From: Bdellovibrionota bacterium
GTDB taxonomy: Bacteria > Bdellovibrionota > UBA2428
DNA length: 28,123 nt
Assembly (NCBI GenBank): GCA_039920645.1
Contig: JBDSDI010000139.1
Coordinates: 1-28,123 of the forward strand
Direction of reading: 5' to 3'
Position numbers and translations under genes: made by a program. The notes below the pieces were generated by a model. The model ran no database searches. It had not been told where the DNA came from and was given only the letters and a program-made list of their open reading frames with translations. Below, piece after piece: positions 15,754-24,365 of this stretch. Positions within the stretch are counted from its first letter, which is position 1. Each line of letters opens with the position of its first letter.

Positions 15754-16923
15754 TCATACCGAGACTGAAGGAGAATCGGAGACCAGAATTTTCCTTAAAT
15801 AATCAAAGCCATAAAGACCTGTATTGTGTCCATCTGACCAATGGATTCCCAGAGCGTAATTGCCTACGGTCTGGATCTTCGAAGGATGCACGTCGGGTCG
15901 GATGTCTTCCCTACGGACCTTGCGAACGCCCGTGTTCTCGTCGACGCAGACAGCGCAAGGACAGAGATAACGGAGTTCTTTGTAGGCCATGATGCTGTGT
16001 TTTCCGTCGTTCCAGCTGAGTTTGAGCATCTTATGGGCTTCATTGGGCTCGGTGGCTATGACGATCGGCTTCTCGGTACGACCGCCAGAAACCAGCGTCG
16101 AGAGCTCGGCGGCCATGTTGTGGGCAAGCTCAAAGAAAAGCTTGGCCGAGGAGGAGTCGGGGCGACTGATGACGACGGGGATACCATTGTCACTATCCTC
16201 GAGGAGGAGAGGATCGAGTGGAAAGCGCTGAAGTACAGGAAGACTCAGTTCTTGGGCAACCTTGTCACCGCCACCCTGGCTGAAGAGGTGACTCTTATAA
16301 TGGCACTTCGGGCATTCGTACTCGCTCATGTTCTCGACGAGGCCGAGAACGGGAACGCGAACCTGCTGGAACATTTTGAGACCGCGGCGCGCGATCTCGC
16401 TGGCGAGTGCCTGCGGTGTCATGACGACGATCGCAGCGCTGAGACGGATCGACTGCGCGAGCGTGAGCTGGATGTCACCCGTTCCCGGAGGCAGGTCGAC
16501 GATGAGGTAATCGAGTTCGCCCCAGTCCACCTCGGAAAGGAACTGAGAAACGGCGCGCGAGGCCATCGGACCGCGCCAGACGATCGGAGCGTCCCCCCCC
16601 AAAAGCCCCATACTCATGCACTTGATGCCATGAATGACGGGTGGAGCGATTTTACCGTTCGACTCGATCGGGACATCGCGGAGTCCCATAAGTTTAGGAA
16701 GCGAGGGACCGTAGATGTCGGCGTCCATAAGACCGACTTTGGCACCCAGTTTTTGCAGCGCCACGGCGAGGTTCACTGCGGTTGTGGACTTGCCCACGCC
16801 GCCCTTACCTGAACCAATGGCGATGATGTGCGAGACCTTGGCGAGCGGGCTTCCCTCGGGACGAGGCACGGCGGGAACGATGACTGATGCGGAGCTCTGC
16901 GATGACGTCATACGCCACGTCAT
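15754..16923 (-). CDS. apbC: Mrp/NBP35 (ApbC) Fe-S carrier ATPase fused to a C-terminal DUF971 (GBBH N-terminal-like) domain
   Basis: GSGKGGVGKST, DADIYGPS, DLPPGTGD, GLVENMS and CPKC. The C-terminal part is LSWNDG...LRYLCPCAVC...VGNYALGIHWSDGHNTGLYGFDYL. The start is 16923 or 16911. Confidence 0.92.
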   Translation of the reverse strand: MTWRMTSSQSSASVIVPAVPRPEGSPLAKVSHIIAIGSGKGGVGKSTTAVNLAVALQKLGAKVGLMDADIYGPSLPKLMGLRDVPIESNGKIAPPVIHGIKCMSMGLLGGDAPIVWRGPMASRAVSQFLSEVDWGELDYLIVDLPPGTGDIQLTLAQSIRLSAAIVVMTPQALASEIARRGLKMFQQVRVPVLGLVENMSEYECPKCHYKSHLFSQGGGDKVAQELSLPVLQRFPLDPLLLEDSDNGIPVVISRPDSSSAKLFFELAHNMAAELSTLVSGGRTEKPIVIATEPNEAHKMLKLSWNDGKHSIMAYKELRYLCPCAVCVDENTGVRKVRREDIRPDVHPSKIQTVGNYALGIHWSDGHNTGLYGFDYLRKILVSDSPSVSV

Positions 16924-16973
16924 AAAACAGGCACATCAAATTGACGACAAGAATTCTGCGGAAAGCGGGCCTG

Positions 16974-16982
16974 TGATAGGGT
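16974..16982 (+). promoter_or_regulatory. Putative extended -10 promoter (TG-n-TAGGGT), 6 nt before ATG 16989
   Basis: The motif is seen directly. No SD sequence precedes the icd start. Confidence 0.4.
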
Positions 16983-16988
16983 TCTTCC

Positions 16989-17996
16989 ATGGCAAAAGCT
17001 CAGTCTAAAATCACGCTCATCCGCGGCGACGGTATCGGCCCCGAAATCTCCGACGCCGTCATGCAAATCATCGAAGCCGCCGGAGCAAATATCGTCTACG
17101 ACGAAGTCGAAGCGGGTCTCTGCAGCATCGAGAAGACCGGCCAGGGCATCACCGCAGAGTGTATGGATATCATTAACGTCAACGGTGTCGCTCTCAAGGG
17201 GCCGACGACCACTCCGGTCGGCGGCGGTCACAAATCGATTAACGTCACGATCCGTAAAGCGCTCGACCTCTATGTGAACTTGCGACCCATCAAGAGCATT
17301 CCCGGTATTGAGACGCCCTTTAAGAACGTTGATCTTCTCATCGTCCGCGAGAATATCGAGGACACTTACGGTGGCATCGAACACATGCAGAGCACCGACG
17401 TCGCCCAGTGTTTACGACTCATCACCCGAAGCGGATCGCTCAGGGCCGCGCGTTTTGCCTTCGAGACAGCGCGCAAGCTCAAGCGGAAAACCGTCACTTG
17501 CGTCCACAAGGCCAACATCATGAAGATCACGGATGGACTCTTCCTCGACGCGTTCCGTGAGGTCGCAGCCGAATACTCCGATATCCAGTTCAATGACATC
17601 ATCGTCGATAACTGCTGCATGCAGCTCGTCACCAAGCCCCAACAGTTCGACGTGCTCCTGCTACCGAATCTCTTCGGCGATATCGTCAGCGATCTTTGCG
17701 CCGGGCTCATCGGCGGGCTCGGTATCGCTGCGGGCGCGAACATCGGAACGCGGGCTGCGGTCTTCGAGGCGGTCCACGGATCGGCTCCAGACATCGCGGG
17801 TAAAGGTCTTGCCAATCCTACGGCGATGCTTCTTTCCGGCGTGAGCATGCTGCGCCATCTCGAGCAACTCGACGTCGCTGATCGCATCGAGAATGCCGTC
17901 TTCAAGGTTCTCAAAGAAGGCAAATGGAAAACGCGCGATCTCGGCGGAACGGCCTCGACCGGGGAATACACACGCGCCGTAATCGCGAATTTGTGA
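16989..17996 (+). CDS. icd: Isocitrate dehydrogenase catalytic chain (isocitrate/isopropylmalate dehydrogenase family), probably NAD+-preferring
   Basis: GDGIGPEI, KGPTTTPVGGGHKSINVTIRK (S-x-N-xxx-R isocitrate-binding pattern), RENIEDTY, HKANIMK, PNLFGDIVSD and EAVHGSAPDIAG (Asp-Ile at the cofactor site). Confidence 0.9.
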   Translation: MAKAQSKITLIRGDGIGPEISDAVMQIIEAAGANIVYDEVEAGLCSIEKTGQGITAECMDIINVNGVALKGPTTTPVGGGHKSINVTIRKALDLYVNLRPIKSIPGIETPFKNVDLLIVRENIEDTYGGIEHMQSTDVAQCLRLITRSGSLRAARFAFETARKLKRKTVTCVHKANIMKITDGLFLDAFREVAAEYSDIQFNDIIVDNCCMQLVTKPQQFDVLLLPNLFGDIVSDLCAGLIGGLGIAAGANIGTRAAVFEAVHGSAPDIAGKGLANPTAMLLSGVSMLRHLEQLDVADRIENAVFKVLKEGKWKTRDLGGTASTGEYTRAVIANL

Positions 17997-18004
17997 GGTG
18001 AAAG

Positions 18005-18337
18005 ATGGGACTCCTGAACGATAAAGTAAAACTTGTTGGCTTCGACGTTTTCGTTGTGAACCAAGGCCTTCCGAAAATCCCCGAAAAAATCGAAGGCCTC
18101 ACGCTTTCGCTGATTTCCAACCGCGGTACAAAGGTCTGGCCCGGCCCAACTCCGAACATCAATCTCACTGACGTCCATCGCTGCCGTTTTATCGACGCGT
18201 CGAGAGCTTCGCTCACGCATGCCGATGCGCTCAAACTCCTGGCGGGAATCGACAAGGCCGGTTTCGAATGGGTCCACGTCGAGAAGCTCATCGAGATCAA
18301 CGGCAAAGCCGGATTCTCGAAAGCCCAGGGCGAATGA
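18005..18337 (+). CDS. Stand-alone C-terminal accessory domain of long-form bacterial isocitrate dehydrogenase
   Basis: KLVGFDVFV, LSLISNRGTKVWP, DVHRCRF and WVHVEKLIEINGKAGFSKAQGE resemble the C-terminal extension of roughly 480-aa IDHs. It has its own GAGGTG RBS overlapping the icd stop codon. Confidence 0.8.
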   Translation: MGLLNDKVKLVGFDVFVVNQGLPKIPEKIEGLTLSLISNRGTKVWPGPTPNINLTDVHRCRFIDASRASLTHADALKLLAGIDKAGFEWVHVEKLIEINGKAGFSKAQGE

Positions 18338-18345
18338 GTTAGAGC

Positions 18346-19272
18346 CTAAAGCTCGAGGAGAAGGTCGCGAGCCTTAAGGGTCTCGACGCAGTCTACGAGC
18401 AGGCCGTTACGAAGCGTCATCTCCGTGACGAAGATGTCTTCTTCTTTGAGCCATGCGAGCACTTCGCTGAGGATGATCGCACCGGGAACGAGCACGCGCG
18501 CGCGACTCGGCGCCAGTCCGTAAATACTCTGGAGATTCTTACTGTCTTCGTGGAAGGAATGCTCGATCCAATCGTCGAGATCCGTCTTGTGGATTACGGC
18601 GTTCTTCTTCGTCGCGCAGAGAATTCCGCCCAGGCTCTGGATGGCGCCGGCCGAACCGACGAGGTATTCGAAGCTACGAGGCGGCTTTTTTTTGCGAAGA
18701 CACGCACGTACGGTTTCCCGCAACTTCGCTTCGGCGCCTTTTTTCTTGCGAACGGAATCCCACTTTAACGAGAGACGGACCGAGCCTATCTGGAAGGATT
18801 CCTGTTTGAGAGTCTTCCATCCCCGACCGAACTGAGCGACTTCGGTGCTGCCGCCGCCGATGTCGACAAGCATGCCGCGGTCGACAAACGGATACTCCCA
18901 TTCAAGCCCTTGAGCGATCACGCGCGCCTCTTGGATACCCGAAATTACCTGAATCTTGAGACCGATTTTAGCATGGACCTCTTTAACGAAATCAGCGCCG
19001 TTGCGGGCATCCCGCAATGCGCTGGTTCCCACGACGCGCACCAAGGGCATGTTGAAGCGCGAAAGGTTGTCGCGCATACGCTTGAGCGCTTTAAGCGCCA
19101 TGATTTTATGGCGATTCGAGATCAGCTTGGTTTCGAAAACGGAGCCACCCAGCTGAACCGGATGACGTTCTTTATGAATGATTTTGAAGGGGACCTTGCG
19201 ACGCATGCCCACGTACTGAGCCACGGTCATCTTGAAGGAATTGGATCCTAAATCCAAAACCGCAAACAGCAT
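18346..19272 (-). CDS. ppx: Ppx/GppA family exopolyphosphatase (short form, no HD domain)
   Basis: LDLGSNSFKM, GTSALRDARNG, ISGIQEA, VDIGGGSTEV, IGSVRL and PGAIIL...LRNGLL; 308 aa. Confidence 0.88.
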   Translation of the reverse strand: MLFAVLDLGSNSFKMTVAQYVGMRRKVPFKIIHKERHPVQLGGSVFETKLISNRHKIMALKALKRMRDNLSRFNMPLVRVVGTSALRDARNGADFVKEVHAKIGLKIQVISGIQEARVIAQGLEWEYPFVDRGMLVDIGGGSTEVAQFGRGWKTLKQESFQIGSVRLSLKWDSVRKKKGAEAKLRETVRACLRKKKPPRSFEYLVGSAGAIQSLGGILCATKKNAVIHKTDLDDWIEHSFHEDSKNLQSIYGLAPSRARVLVPGAIILSEVLAWLKEEDIFVTEMTLRNGLLVDCVETLKARDLLLEL

Positions 19273-19278
19273 TGCCGG

Positions 19279-19734
19279 TCAGGCCTCGGTCTCGTTCAGA
19301 GCATCCTGAAGCGCTTCAATGAAAGCGGTGAAGAGATCGCGATGGCGCGAGTCTTCGAGAGGGAATTCGTAGACGTTTGAGCCGCGAACGACATCGATCG
19401 CCATTCCGAGGATCTTTTTGAATTTTTTGGGAAAGGATTCGGAGTTCGCGATCGCTTCGACCTTCACCTTGGAAAGGGTGATCACGCCGATCAAAGGATC
19501 TTCTACCGGCAGGAGCTCGCAGAAGACTTCTTCATCGAGGAGGCCGGCACAAACCCAGCCGCTTTCCGCGTTTTTCCAACGCCAGTCGAGACGAAGCCCC
19601 GCGGTACGCAAACTTTGCATCGCGGAATCGAGGGAACGGAACTGCTTTCCGGGGAGCATTCCCCGGACGGTGCTGATAGAGGGTTTGACGGATTTTCTTT
19701 TGAGCGGGTGCGAGGAGGAAGAGGAGGTCGTCAT
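19279..19734 (-). CDS. Hypothetical protein (weak resemblance to DUF3788)
   Basis: It fills the gap between ppx and the methyltransferase and ends 6 nt before the ppx start. The LDWRWKNAESGW segment is reminiscent of DUF3788; the family call is weak. Confidence 0.6.
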   Translation of the reverse strand: MTTSSSSSHPLKRKSVKPSISTVRGMLPGKQFRSLDSAMQSLRTAGLRLDWRWKNAESGWVCAGLLDEEVFCELLPVEDPLIGVITLSKVKVEAIANSESFPKKFKKILGMAIDVVRGSNVYEFPLEDSRHRDLFTAFIEALQDALNETEA

Positions 19735-19823
19735 TGCGGCCCAAGGTACCTCTCCTGGCCCTCTCTTTCCAGAACATTATCCGTGAATTCAGCCTCGGAT
19801 GAGAGTATCTAGTTTCGATCACC

Positions 19824-20900
19824 ATGATCGAAGCTTTCCACCTCAGAGAAAATCGTGCTCTGATTGAAGCCAAGTGGCGCGAGAAACGCTTGCTGACGAG
19901 CGAGGTCCTCGCTCAGAATCCCCTGCGAGCCCTCCAGCCCGACAGCACGGGCGGTCGACTGCGACTGGACCTCATGTGGAAAGAAGGCCTCATCGGCATT
20001 CGCGACGAGAATGACTCCTTCACGGAGATCCGTGAGCCCGATTCCGCCCATCCCCGCATCCGCGGCATGATGAATCTTCTTCTTCAAGATCCTCTTCCCG
20101 TCACGAGAGCGGGCCTGCGCTTCCGCTATTCGACCCAGGAAGATCTCTGCGGCCTGTGGATCGACTGCTCTAACGAAGAGATCAAACAGCTCAAAGACGA
20201 AGCAGAGTGGCTTAAACGTGCTCTAACGAAACGACATTGGATCGTCGAGGCCGGCCAGAAAGGCAAGGAGTTCGCACGAGAAGAAAGCGGAGAACTTGTT
20301 TTTCGCGAAGCCCGGCCTCACGTCTGGCTGGCAAGTTTCGACTCGAACAACGACGAAATCCTCCTCAATTCGAAGATCCACCTTTTCTCTCAGCCCGGTC
20401 CCGAAGTGAACCGCGCTATGATCGCCTGCGGTTTCGAGCTCCTGGAACTGTTGAAAACACCTCCGCAAAGCTGGGCCGAGTTCGGCGCGGGCTACGGAAA
20501 CCTCACCGCGGCGTATGCCTCTTACTTTCCGAAAACCGACGCGTGGTCCTCCGAAATCCATCCTCTTGCCGTGGAATGCCTCCGCCTGAACGGCGCGCGC
20601 TTCTTCCCGCACATCGAACTCATGCTCACGTCGGCGAAGCTCGAATCCCTCGATAAGCGCGCCGATCTTTGGATTCTCGATCCTCCGCGCCCTGGATTCC
20701 CCGAACTTTTCGACGGGCTCGCGACCCAACCCGAGATGAAGCCTCTATCGGTGCTCATCTATCATTGCCACTCCAAAGGGCTCATCGGCGACACCACGCG
20801 CCTGAAGAACCTTGGATACAAACTTCAGGAATGGTCCTGCGTCGACGCCTTCCCTGGAACCCCCTATCACGAGGTCATTTCTCTATGGAACTTATCGTAA
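19824..20900 (+). CDS. RlmD/TrmA-like RNA (uracil-5)-methyltransferase, divergent
   Basis: FSQ (FxQ motif), EFGAGYGN (SAM binding), ILDPPRPG, YHC (catalytic Cys region) and DAFPGTPYHE (DxFPxTxHxE-like). I see no TRAM or 4Fe-4S cysteine motif. Confidence 0.78.
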   Translation: MIEAFHLRENRALIEAKWREKRLLTSEVLAQNPLRALQPDSTGGRLRLDLMWKEGLIGIRDENDSFTEIREPDSAHPRIRGMMNLLLQDPLPVTRAGLRFRYSTQEDLCGLWIDCSNEEIKQLKDEAEWLKRALTKRHWIVEAGQKGKEFAREESGELVFREARPHVWLASFDSNNDEILLNSKIHLFSQPGPEVNRAMIACGFELLELLKTPPQSWAEFGAGYGNLTAAYASYFPKTDAWSSEIHPLAVECLRLNGARFFPHIELMLTSAKLESLDKRADLWILDPPRPGFPELFDGLATQPEMKPLSVLIYHCHSKGLIGDTTRLKNLGYKLQEWSCVDAFPGTPYHEVISLWNLS

Positions 20901-22078
20901 GCTGTTCACCGGGTCTCGAAGCCCTTCTCTGCGAGGAGATCAAAGAACTTTGTCCGCGTCTCGAGCCTTCGGCCGAACACGGCGCGGTTCGCATCCCCGA
21001 AACCGACACGATCGAAGACCTGGAGTTGCGTGAGATCTACCTCAAGAGCCGTCTCGCATCGCGCATCCACATGAGTCTGCGCGAGTTCTCGGCAACGAAC
21101 GCCGCGATGCTCTACGACCAGACCCGTCGAATCGCATGGCAGGACTTCCTGCCTCCCGAGAAAAGCTTCATCATCCACACGCGTGGAGAGGCCGACGCTT
21201 TCGATCTGCGATTCGCGAGCCTCAAAGTCAAAGACGCCATCTGCGACGAGGTCCGCAAGCATTTCCAAGGCGAGCGTCCGAACGTCGACAAAGAGCACGC
21301 CGATTTTCGCATTGCACTCTTCTTCCGCAAAGGTCGCTGCGAGATCTCGCTGGACCTCTCGAGCGACGTCCTTCACCGTCGCGGCTACCGCGTCGATGCA
21401 GGTGAAGCGCCGATTCGCGAAAACCGTGCTGCGGCCCTGATTCGCATCACCGAGGCCAATGCCGGAGAGAACGAGGACGCGCACGATCCCTTCTGCGGTT
21501 CGGGCACGCTGCTTATTGAATGGGCTTCGCGCAAGCTCGGCGCACCGCGCTCGCTGGTCTTTCACGGCGACGATCCACTCTTCAAGCTGCGTCCTGAACT
21601 AAAAAAAGATTTTGAGAAAGCTCATAAAGAGCTCATGTCCGAATATCGCAAGCGTGTCGAAGAACGCGCGTCGGCAAAACAGATTCTCGTTCGGGGCAGC
21701 GATCTGTCGACCGAAGCACTCGAAGCGGCTCGCAAGAACCTCAAGGCCGCCGGCCTCGAAAAGATCTCGAAGCTCGAGAAGGCCGATGCGACCACGCTCC
21801 AAACGACCGCACGCGTGATCCTCGCGAACCCTCCTTACGGCGAGCGTCTTCAGGACACGGACGCCGCAGTCGAGCTTCTCAAGACCTTCGGCCGTCACGT
21901 CAAACACAAGCTCGGACCTTGTACCCTTGGCGTCGCTCTCGCCAAGACCGGACTCACGAAACATCTCGGATTCAAACCCGACGTAAAAATGTCCGTCGAA
22001 AATGGACCGATTCCGATCGAGCTCTCGGTGATCCGTATCTACGAAGGGCGCGCTCCTCGCCCAACCTTCGCGGAATAA
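20885..22078 (+). CDS. THUMP-domain RNA methyltransferase (RlmL/Trm14-like)
   Basis: MELIVSCSPGLE...E, SRLASRI, VKDAICD, LHRRGYR, APIRENRAAA, DPFCGSGT and ANPPYGERL. The start was set at ATG 20885, overlapping the upstream gene by 16 nt. Confidence 0.88.
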   Translation: MELIVSCSPGLEALLCEEIKELCPRLEPSAEHGAVRIPETDTIEDLELREIYLKSRLASRIHMSLREFSATNAAMLYDQTRRIAWQDFLPPEKSFIIHTRGEADAFDLRFASLKVKDAICDEVRKHFQGERPNVDKEHADFRIALFFRKGRCEISLDLSSDVLHRRGYRVDAGEAPIRENRAAALIRITEANAGENEDAHDPFCGSGTLLIEWASRKLGAPRSLVFHGDDPLFKLRPELKKDFEKAHKELMSEYRKRVEERASAKQILVRGSDLSTEALEAARKNLKAAGLEKISKLEKADATTLQTTARVILANPPYGERLQDTDAAVELLKTFGRHVKHKLGPCTLGVALAKTGLTKHLGFKPDVKMSVENGPIPIELSVIRIYEGRAPRPTFAE

Positions 22079-22092
22079 TTGAGAGGTTGTTT

Positions 22093-23667
22093 TTAAACCG
22101 TTGCGTCCGGATCCTTAGGCAGCTCGAGACGCGGATACAAGCGCGGTACTTCGCCGAGCGGAGTGCCGGGGCTCAAACGTTGAGAATGCGCCGACCACGG
22201 AAGGATGTCGGGATCTCCGCTGAAGCCCAGAGCGACCCTGAGTTTCCTTGATCCTTCGGGTAAAACGCTTCTCATCACCACCGACAACACGGAAAGCGCA
22301 TCGATCATCGTGCCCAGTACGGATTCAAGGCGCTCCTTCTGAGCGGGATCCTTGGCGAGCGACCACGGTTTGGTATCATTAATGTAACGGTCGCAGGTCG
22401 CGACCGTCTCGGCAAAAGTCGCGAGCGCGATGTGGTAGCGGGCATTATCGAAATCCTCGGAGAACTTCGCAGGCAGTGCGTTGACCTTCTCGAGCAACGC
22501 CCGGTCGTCCGCCGTACGGTGAGCCGCCGTGGGAACGGCCGCACCCAAGTTCTTGTGCACGAGGGTGAGTGTGCGCGAGGCGAGGTTTCCGATGCCGTTG
22601 GCGAGCTCGGAGTTCGCACGGCTGATGAACGATTCCCAGGTGAAACTGGCGTCCACTCCGTAGGACATGTCACGCATGAGAAAATAGCGGAAGGGCTCAG
22701 CGCCGAAGGTCTCGTAAACCTTCACGGGATCGACCACGTTGCCCAAACTCTTGCTCATTTTGAGACCCGCGGTAAGCCAGAACCCGTTGACCTGAAGCTG
22801 TCGCGCGGGCTCGAGACCGAGGGCAAAAAGCATCGTGGGCCAGTAGACCGCGTGCGTCTTGAGAATATCTTTGCCGATGAGATGTCGCGATTCTTTCCAT
22901 AGATCGGCGCGGAAACTCTTCTCTTCGGCGATCGGATGCCCCGTATACCCCAGTCCTCCGAGGTAGCTCAGCAACGCATCGAACCAAACGTAGGTGACGT
23001 ATTTATCGTCGAAGGGAAGCGGGATTCCCCAGGTAAGACGCGTTGTCGGACGCGAGATACAGAGATCTTCGAGAGGTTCCGAAAGCATCGCGAGCGCCTC
23101 TTTCATGTAATGATTTGGAACAATCGCATCGGTGTGCTGACGGTAGTACTCGAGGGTTTTTGCGCGGTATTTCTCCATGTTGAAGAAGTAATTCGACTCT
23201 TCGCGGATCTCCGGAGGACGCTGATGATCGGGACAAAGACCGTTCGCATCCCATTCGAGGTCGGTGCGGAAGCGTTCACAACCCAAGCAATATTTACCCG
23301 TATAACTGGAGAAGCGGATATCGCCTTGGTCCTTGAGACGTTGGAGAGCTTCTTGCACTAGTTTCCTATGGGAAAGCAGCGTCGTTCGATAGGAAATATC
23401 GGGCTGAAGTCCGAGAAGTTTCCAGGCGTACGTAAAGAGACTCGATGTCTCGTCGACGAATTCCTGTGGAGATTTACCTGCTTTTTCGGCAGATTGCGCG
23501 ATCTTCTCACCGTGCTCGTCGGTGCCCGCGAGGAAGAAAGTATCGCGTCCTTGCTGCAAGGAATAGCTCTTGAGAGTGTCTCCCAAGATCGTCGTATAAG
23601 CGTGGCCCAAGTGGGGTTTCGCATTCACATAGTAGAGGGGAGTTGTGATGTAGAGGGGTTTTCCCAT
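22093..23667 (-). CDS. metG: Methionine--tRNA ligase (short monomeric form)
   Basis: YITTPLYYVNAKPHLGHAY (HIGH), GTDEHGEK, a CLGC...CPDH knuckle, YVWFDAL, IGKDI and KMSKSLGN. No C-terminal OB domain. Confidence 0.97.
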   Translation of the reverse strand: MGKPLYITTPLYYVNAKPHLGHAYTTILGDTLKSYSLQQGRDTFFLAGTDEHGEKIAQSAEKAGKSPQEFVDETSSLFTYAWKLLGLQPDISYRTTLLSHRKLVQEALQRLKDQGDIRFSSYTGKYCLGCERFRTDLEWDANGLCPDHQRPPEIREESNYFFNMEKYRAKTLEYYRQHTDAIVPNHYMKEALAMLSEPLEDLCISRPTTRLTWGIPLPFDDKYVTYVWFDALLSYLGGLGYTGHPIAEEKSFRADLWKESRHLIGKDILKTHAVYWPTMLFALGLEPARQLQVNGFWLTAGLKMSKSLGNVVDPVKVYETFGAEPFRYFLMRDMSYGVDASFTWESFISRANSELANGIGNLASRTLTLVHKNLGAAVPTAAHRTADDRALLEKVNALPAKFSEDFDNARYHIALATFAETVATCDRYINDTKPWSLAKDPAQKERLESVLGTMIDALSVLSVVMRSVLPEGSRKLRVALGFSGDPDILPWSAHSQRLSPGTPLGEVPRLYPRLELPKDPDATV

Positions 23668-23673
23668 AGGGGA

Positions 23674-23702
23674 ATTAAGCTTTCTTCCTGCGTGTCGGTC
23701 AA
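23674..23702 (-). promoter_or_regulatory. Putative sigma70-type promoter (TTGACC-17-CTTAAT), 6 nt before the metG ATG
   Basis: The hexamers and spacing are read on the minus strand. No SD sequence precedes metG. Confidence 0.45.
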
Positions 23703-23812
23703 TGCGCCTCTATGAAAAAAACGTGAAAAATTCTTCGCGCCCTATTGCAAGAGTGAAAAATGAGTTAGAAATAGGAATTAAGAACGATCCACTAGAGGAG
23801 AGATTAGGGATT

Positions 23813-24244
23813 ATGGCAAAGAAAACTACCAAGAAAACCGCAAAACCCGCTAAGAAAGCTACGGCTAAAAAAGCAACTGCAAAAAAAGCAACTGCTAAGA
23901 AAGCCCCTGCTAAAAAGGCAACCGCCAAGACGGCAACTGCTAAAAAAGCTACTGCCAAGAAAGCTCCTGCAGCTAAGAAAGTTAAGACGAAGCGCAAGCC
24001 TAATCCTGCTTTCATGAAGCCCTTCAACCCTAGCGAAAGCCTCGCTGTCGTTGTTGGCGCGAAGCCCCTTCCCCGCACCGAAGTTACCAAGAAACTTTGG
24101 GCATACATCAAGAAGAACGGTCTTCAAGATTCCAAGAACCGCCGCATGATCAACGCGGACGCTGCTCTGAAGGCAGTCTTCAGCGGCAAGGCTCAAGTCT
24201 CGATGTTCGAGATGACCAAGCTCGTCAGCAAGCACCTCTCGTAA
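23813..24244 (+). CDS. SWIB/MDM2 domain protein with a histone H1-like Lys/Ala-rich N-terminal tail
   Basis: About eight (A)(T/P)AKK pentapeptides, then RKPNPAFMKPFNPSESLAVVVGAKPLPRTEVTKKLWAYIKKNGLQD...MFEMTKLVSKHL (SWIB). The start was set at ATG 23813. Confidence 0.92.
   Translation: MAKKTTKKTAKPAKKATAKKATAKKATAKKAPAKKATAKTATAKKATAKKAPAAKKVKTKRKPNPAFMKPFNPSESLAVVVGAKPLPRTEVTKKLWAYIKKNGLQDSKNRRMINADAALKAVFSGKAQVSMFEMTKLVSKHLS
23840..23980 (+). repeat. Degenerate 15-bp tandem repeat encoding ATAKK/APAKK pentapeptides
   Basis: Units such as GCAACTGCAAAAAAA, GCAACTGCTAAGAAA and GCCCCTGCTAAAAAG are synonymous-divergent copies. Confidence 0.85.
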
Positions 24245-24272
24245 TTCGAGAAGTCGCGCTACTGGCGATCTC

Positions 24273-24312
24273 AACCCCGCTTTCCGCAAGGAGAGTGGGG
24301 TTTTTCTTTTTT
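24273..24312 (+). terminator. Rho-independent terminator after the SWIB gene
   Basis: 13-bp stem AACCCCGCTTTCC / GGAGAGTGGGGTT (two G-U pairs), GCAA loop, then TTTCTTTTTT. Confidence 0.88.
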
Positions 24313-24365
24313 GAAGGCGGAGACGCCATTCGAAACTTAAAAGGAGAGCGAACACGACGTCGTGT

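Noticed and set aside
16902-16923. Palindrome ATGACGTCAT and repeated ATGACGT at the apbC start
   Set aside because: It is short, has no spacer, and lies in or at the coding start. It is plausible by chance.
16928-16946. Sigma54-like GGCAC sites here and at about 14723
   Set aside because: The GC dinucleotide is not at the required GG-N10-GC spacing.
17990-18010. icd as a frameshifted pseudogene
   Set aside because: The catalytic chain is complete for short-form family members, and the downstream ORF has its own RBS and ATG. It was kept as a split-gene finding instead.
15841-18277. ORFs 15841-16812 (+) and 17366-18277 (-)
   Set aside because: They are antisense shadows of apbC and icd.
23702-23812. 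Upstream in-frame extension of the SWIB ORF, and an AT-rich patch as a sign of foreign DNA
   Set aside because: The extension has no tail-like composition and spans the divergent promoter region with metG. The AT richness is explained by promoter function, and there are no mobility genes or flanking repeats.
24341-24365. Strong SD-like AAGGAG on the plus strand in the intergenic region
   Set aside because: The nearest start codon (GTG 24362) is 15 nt away, and the ORF would run antisense to the HAD gene.
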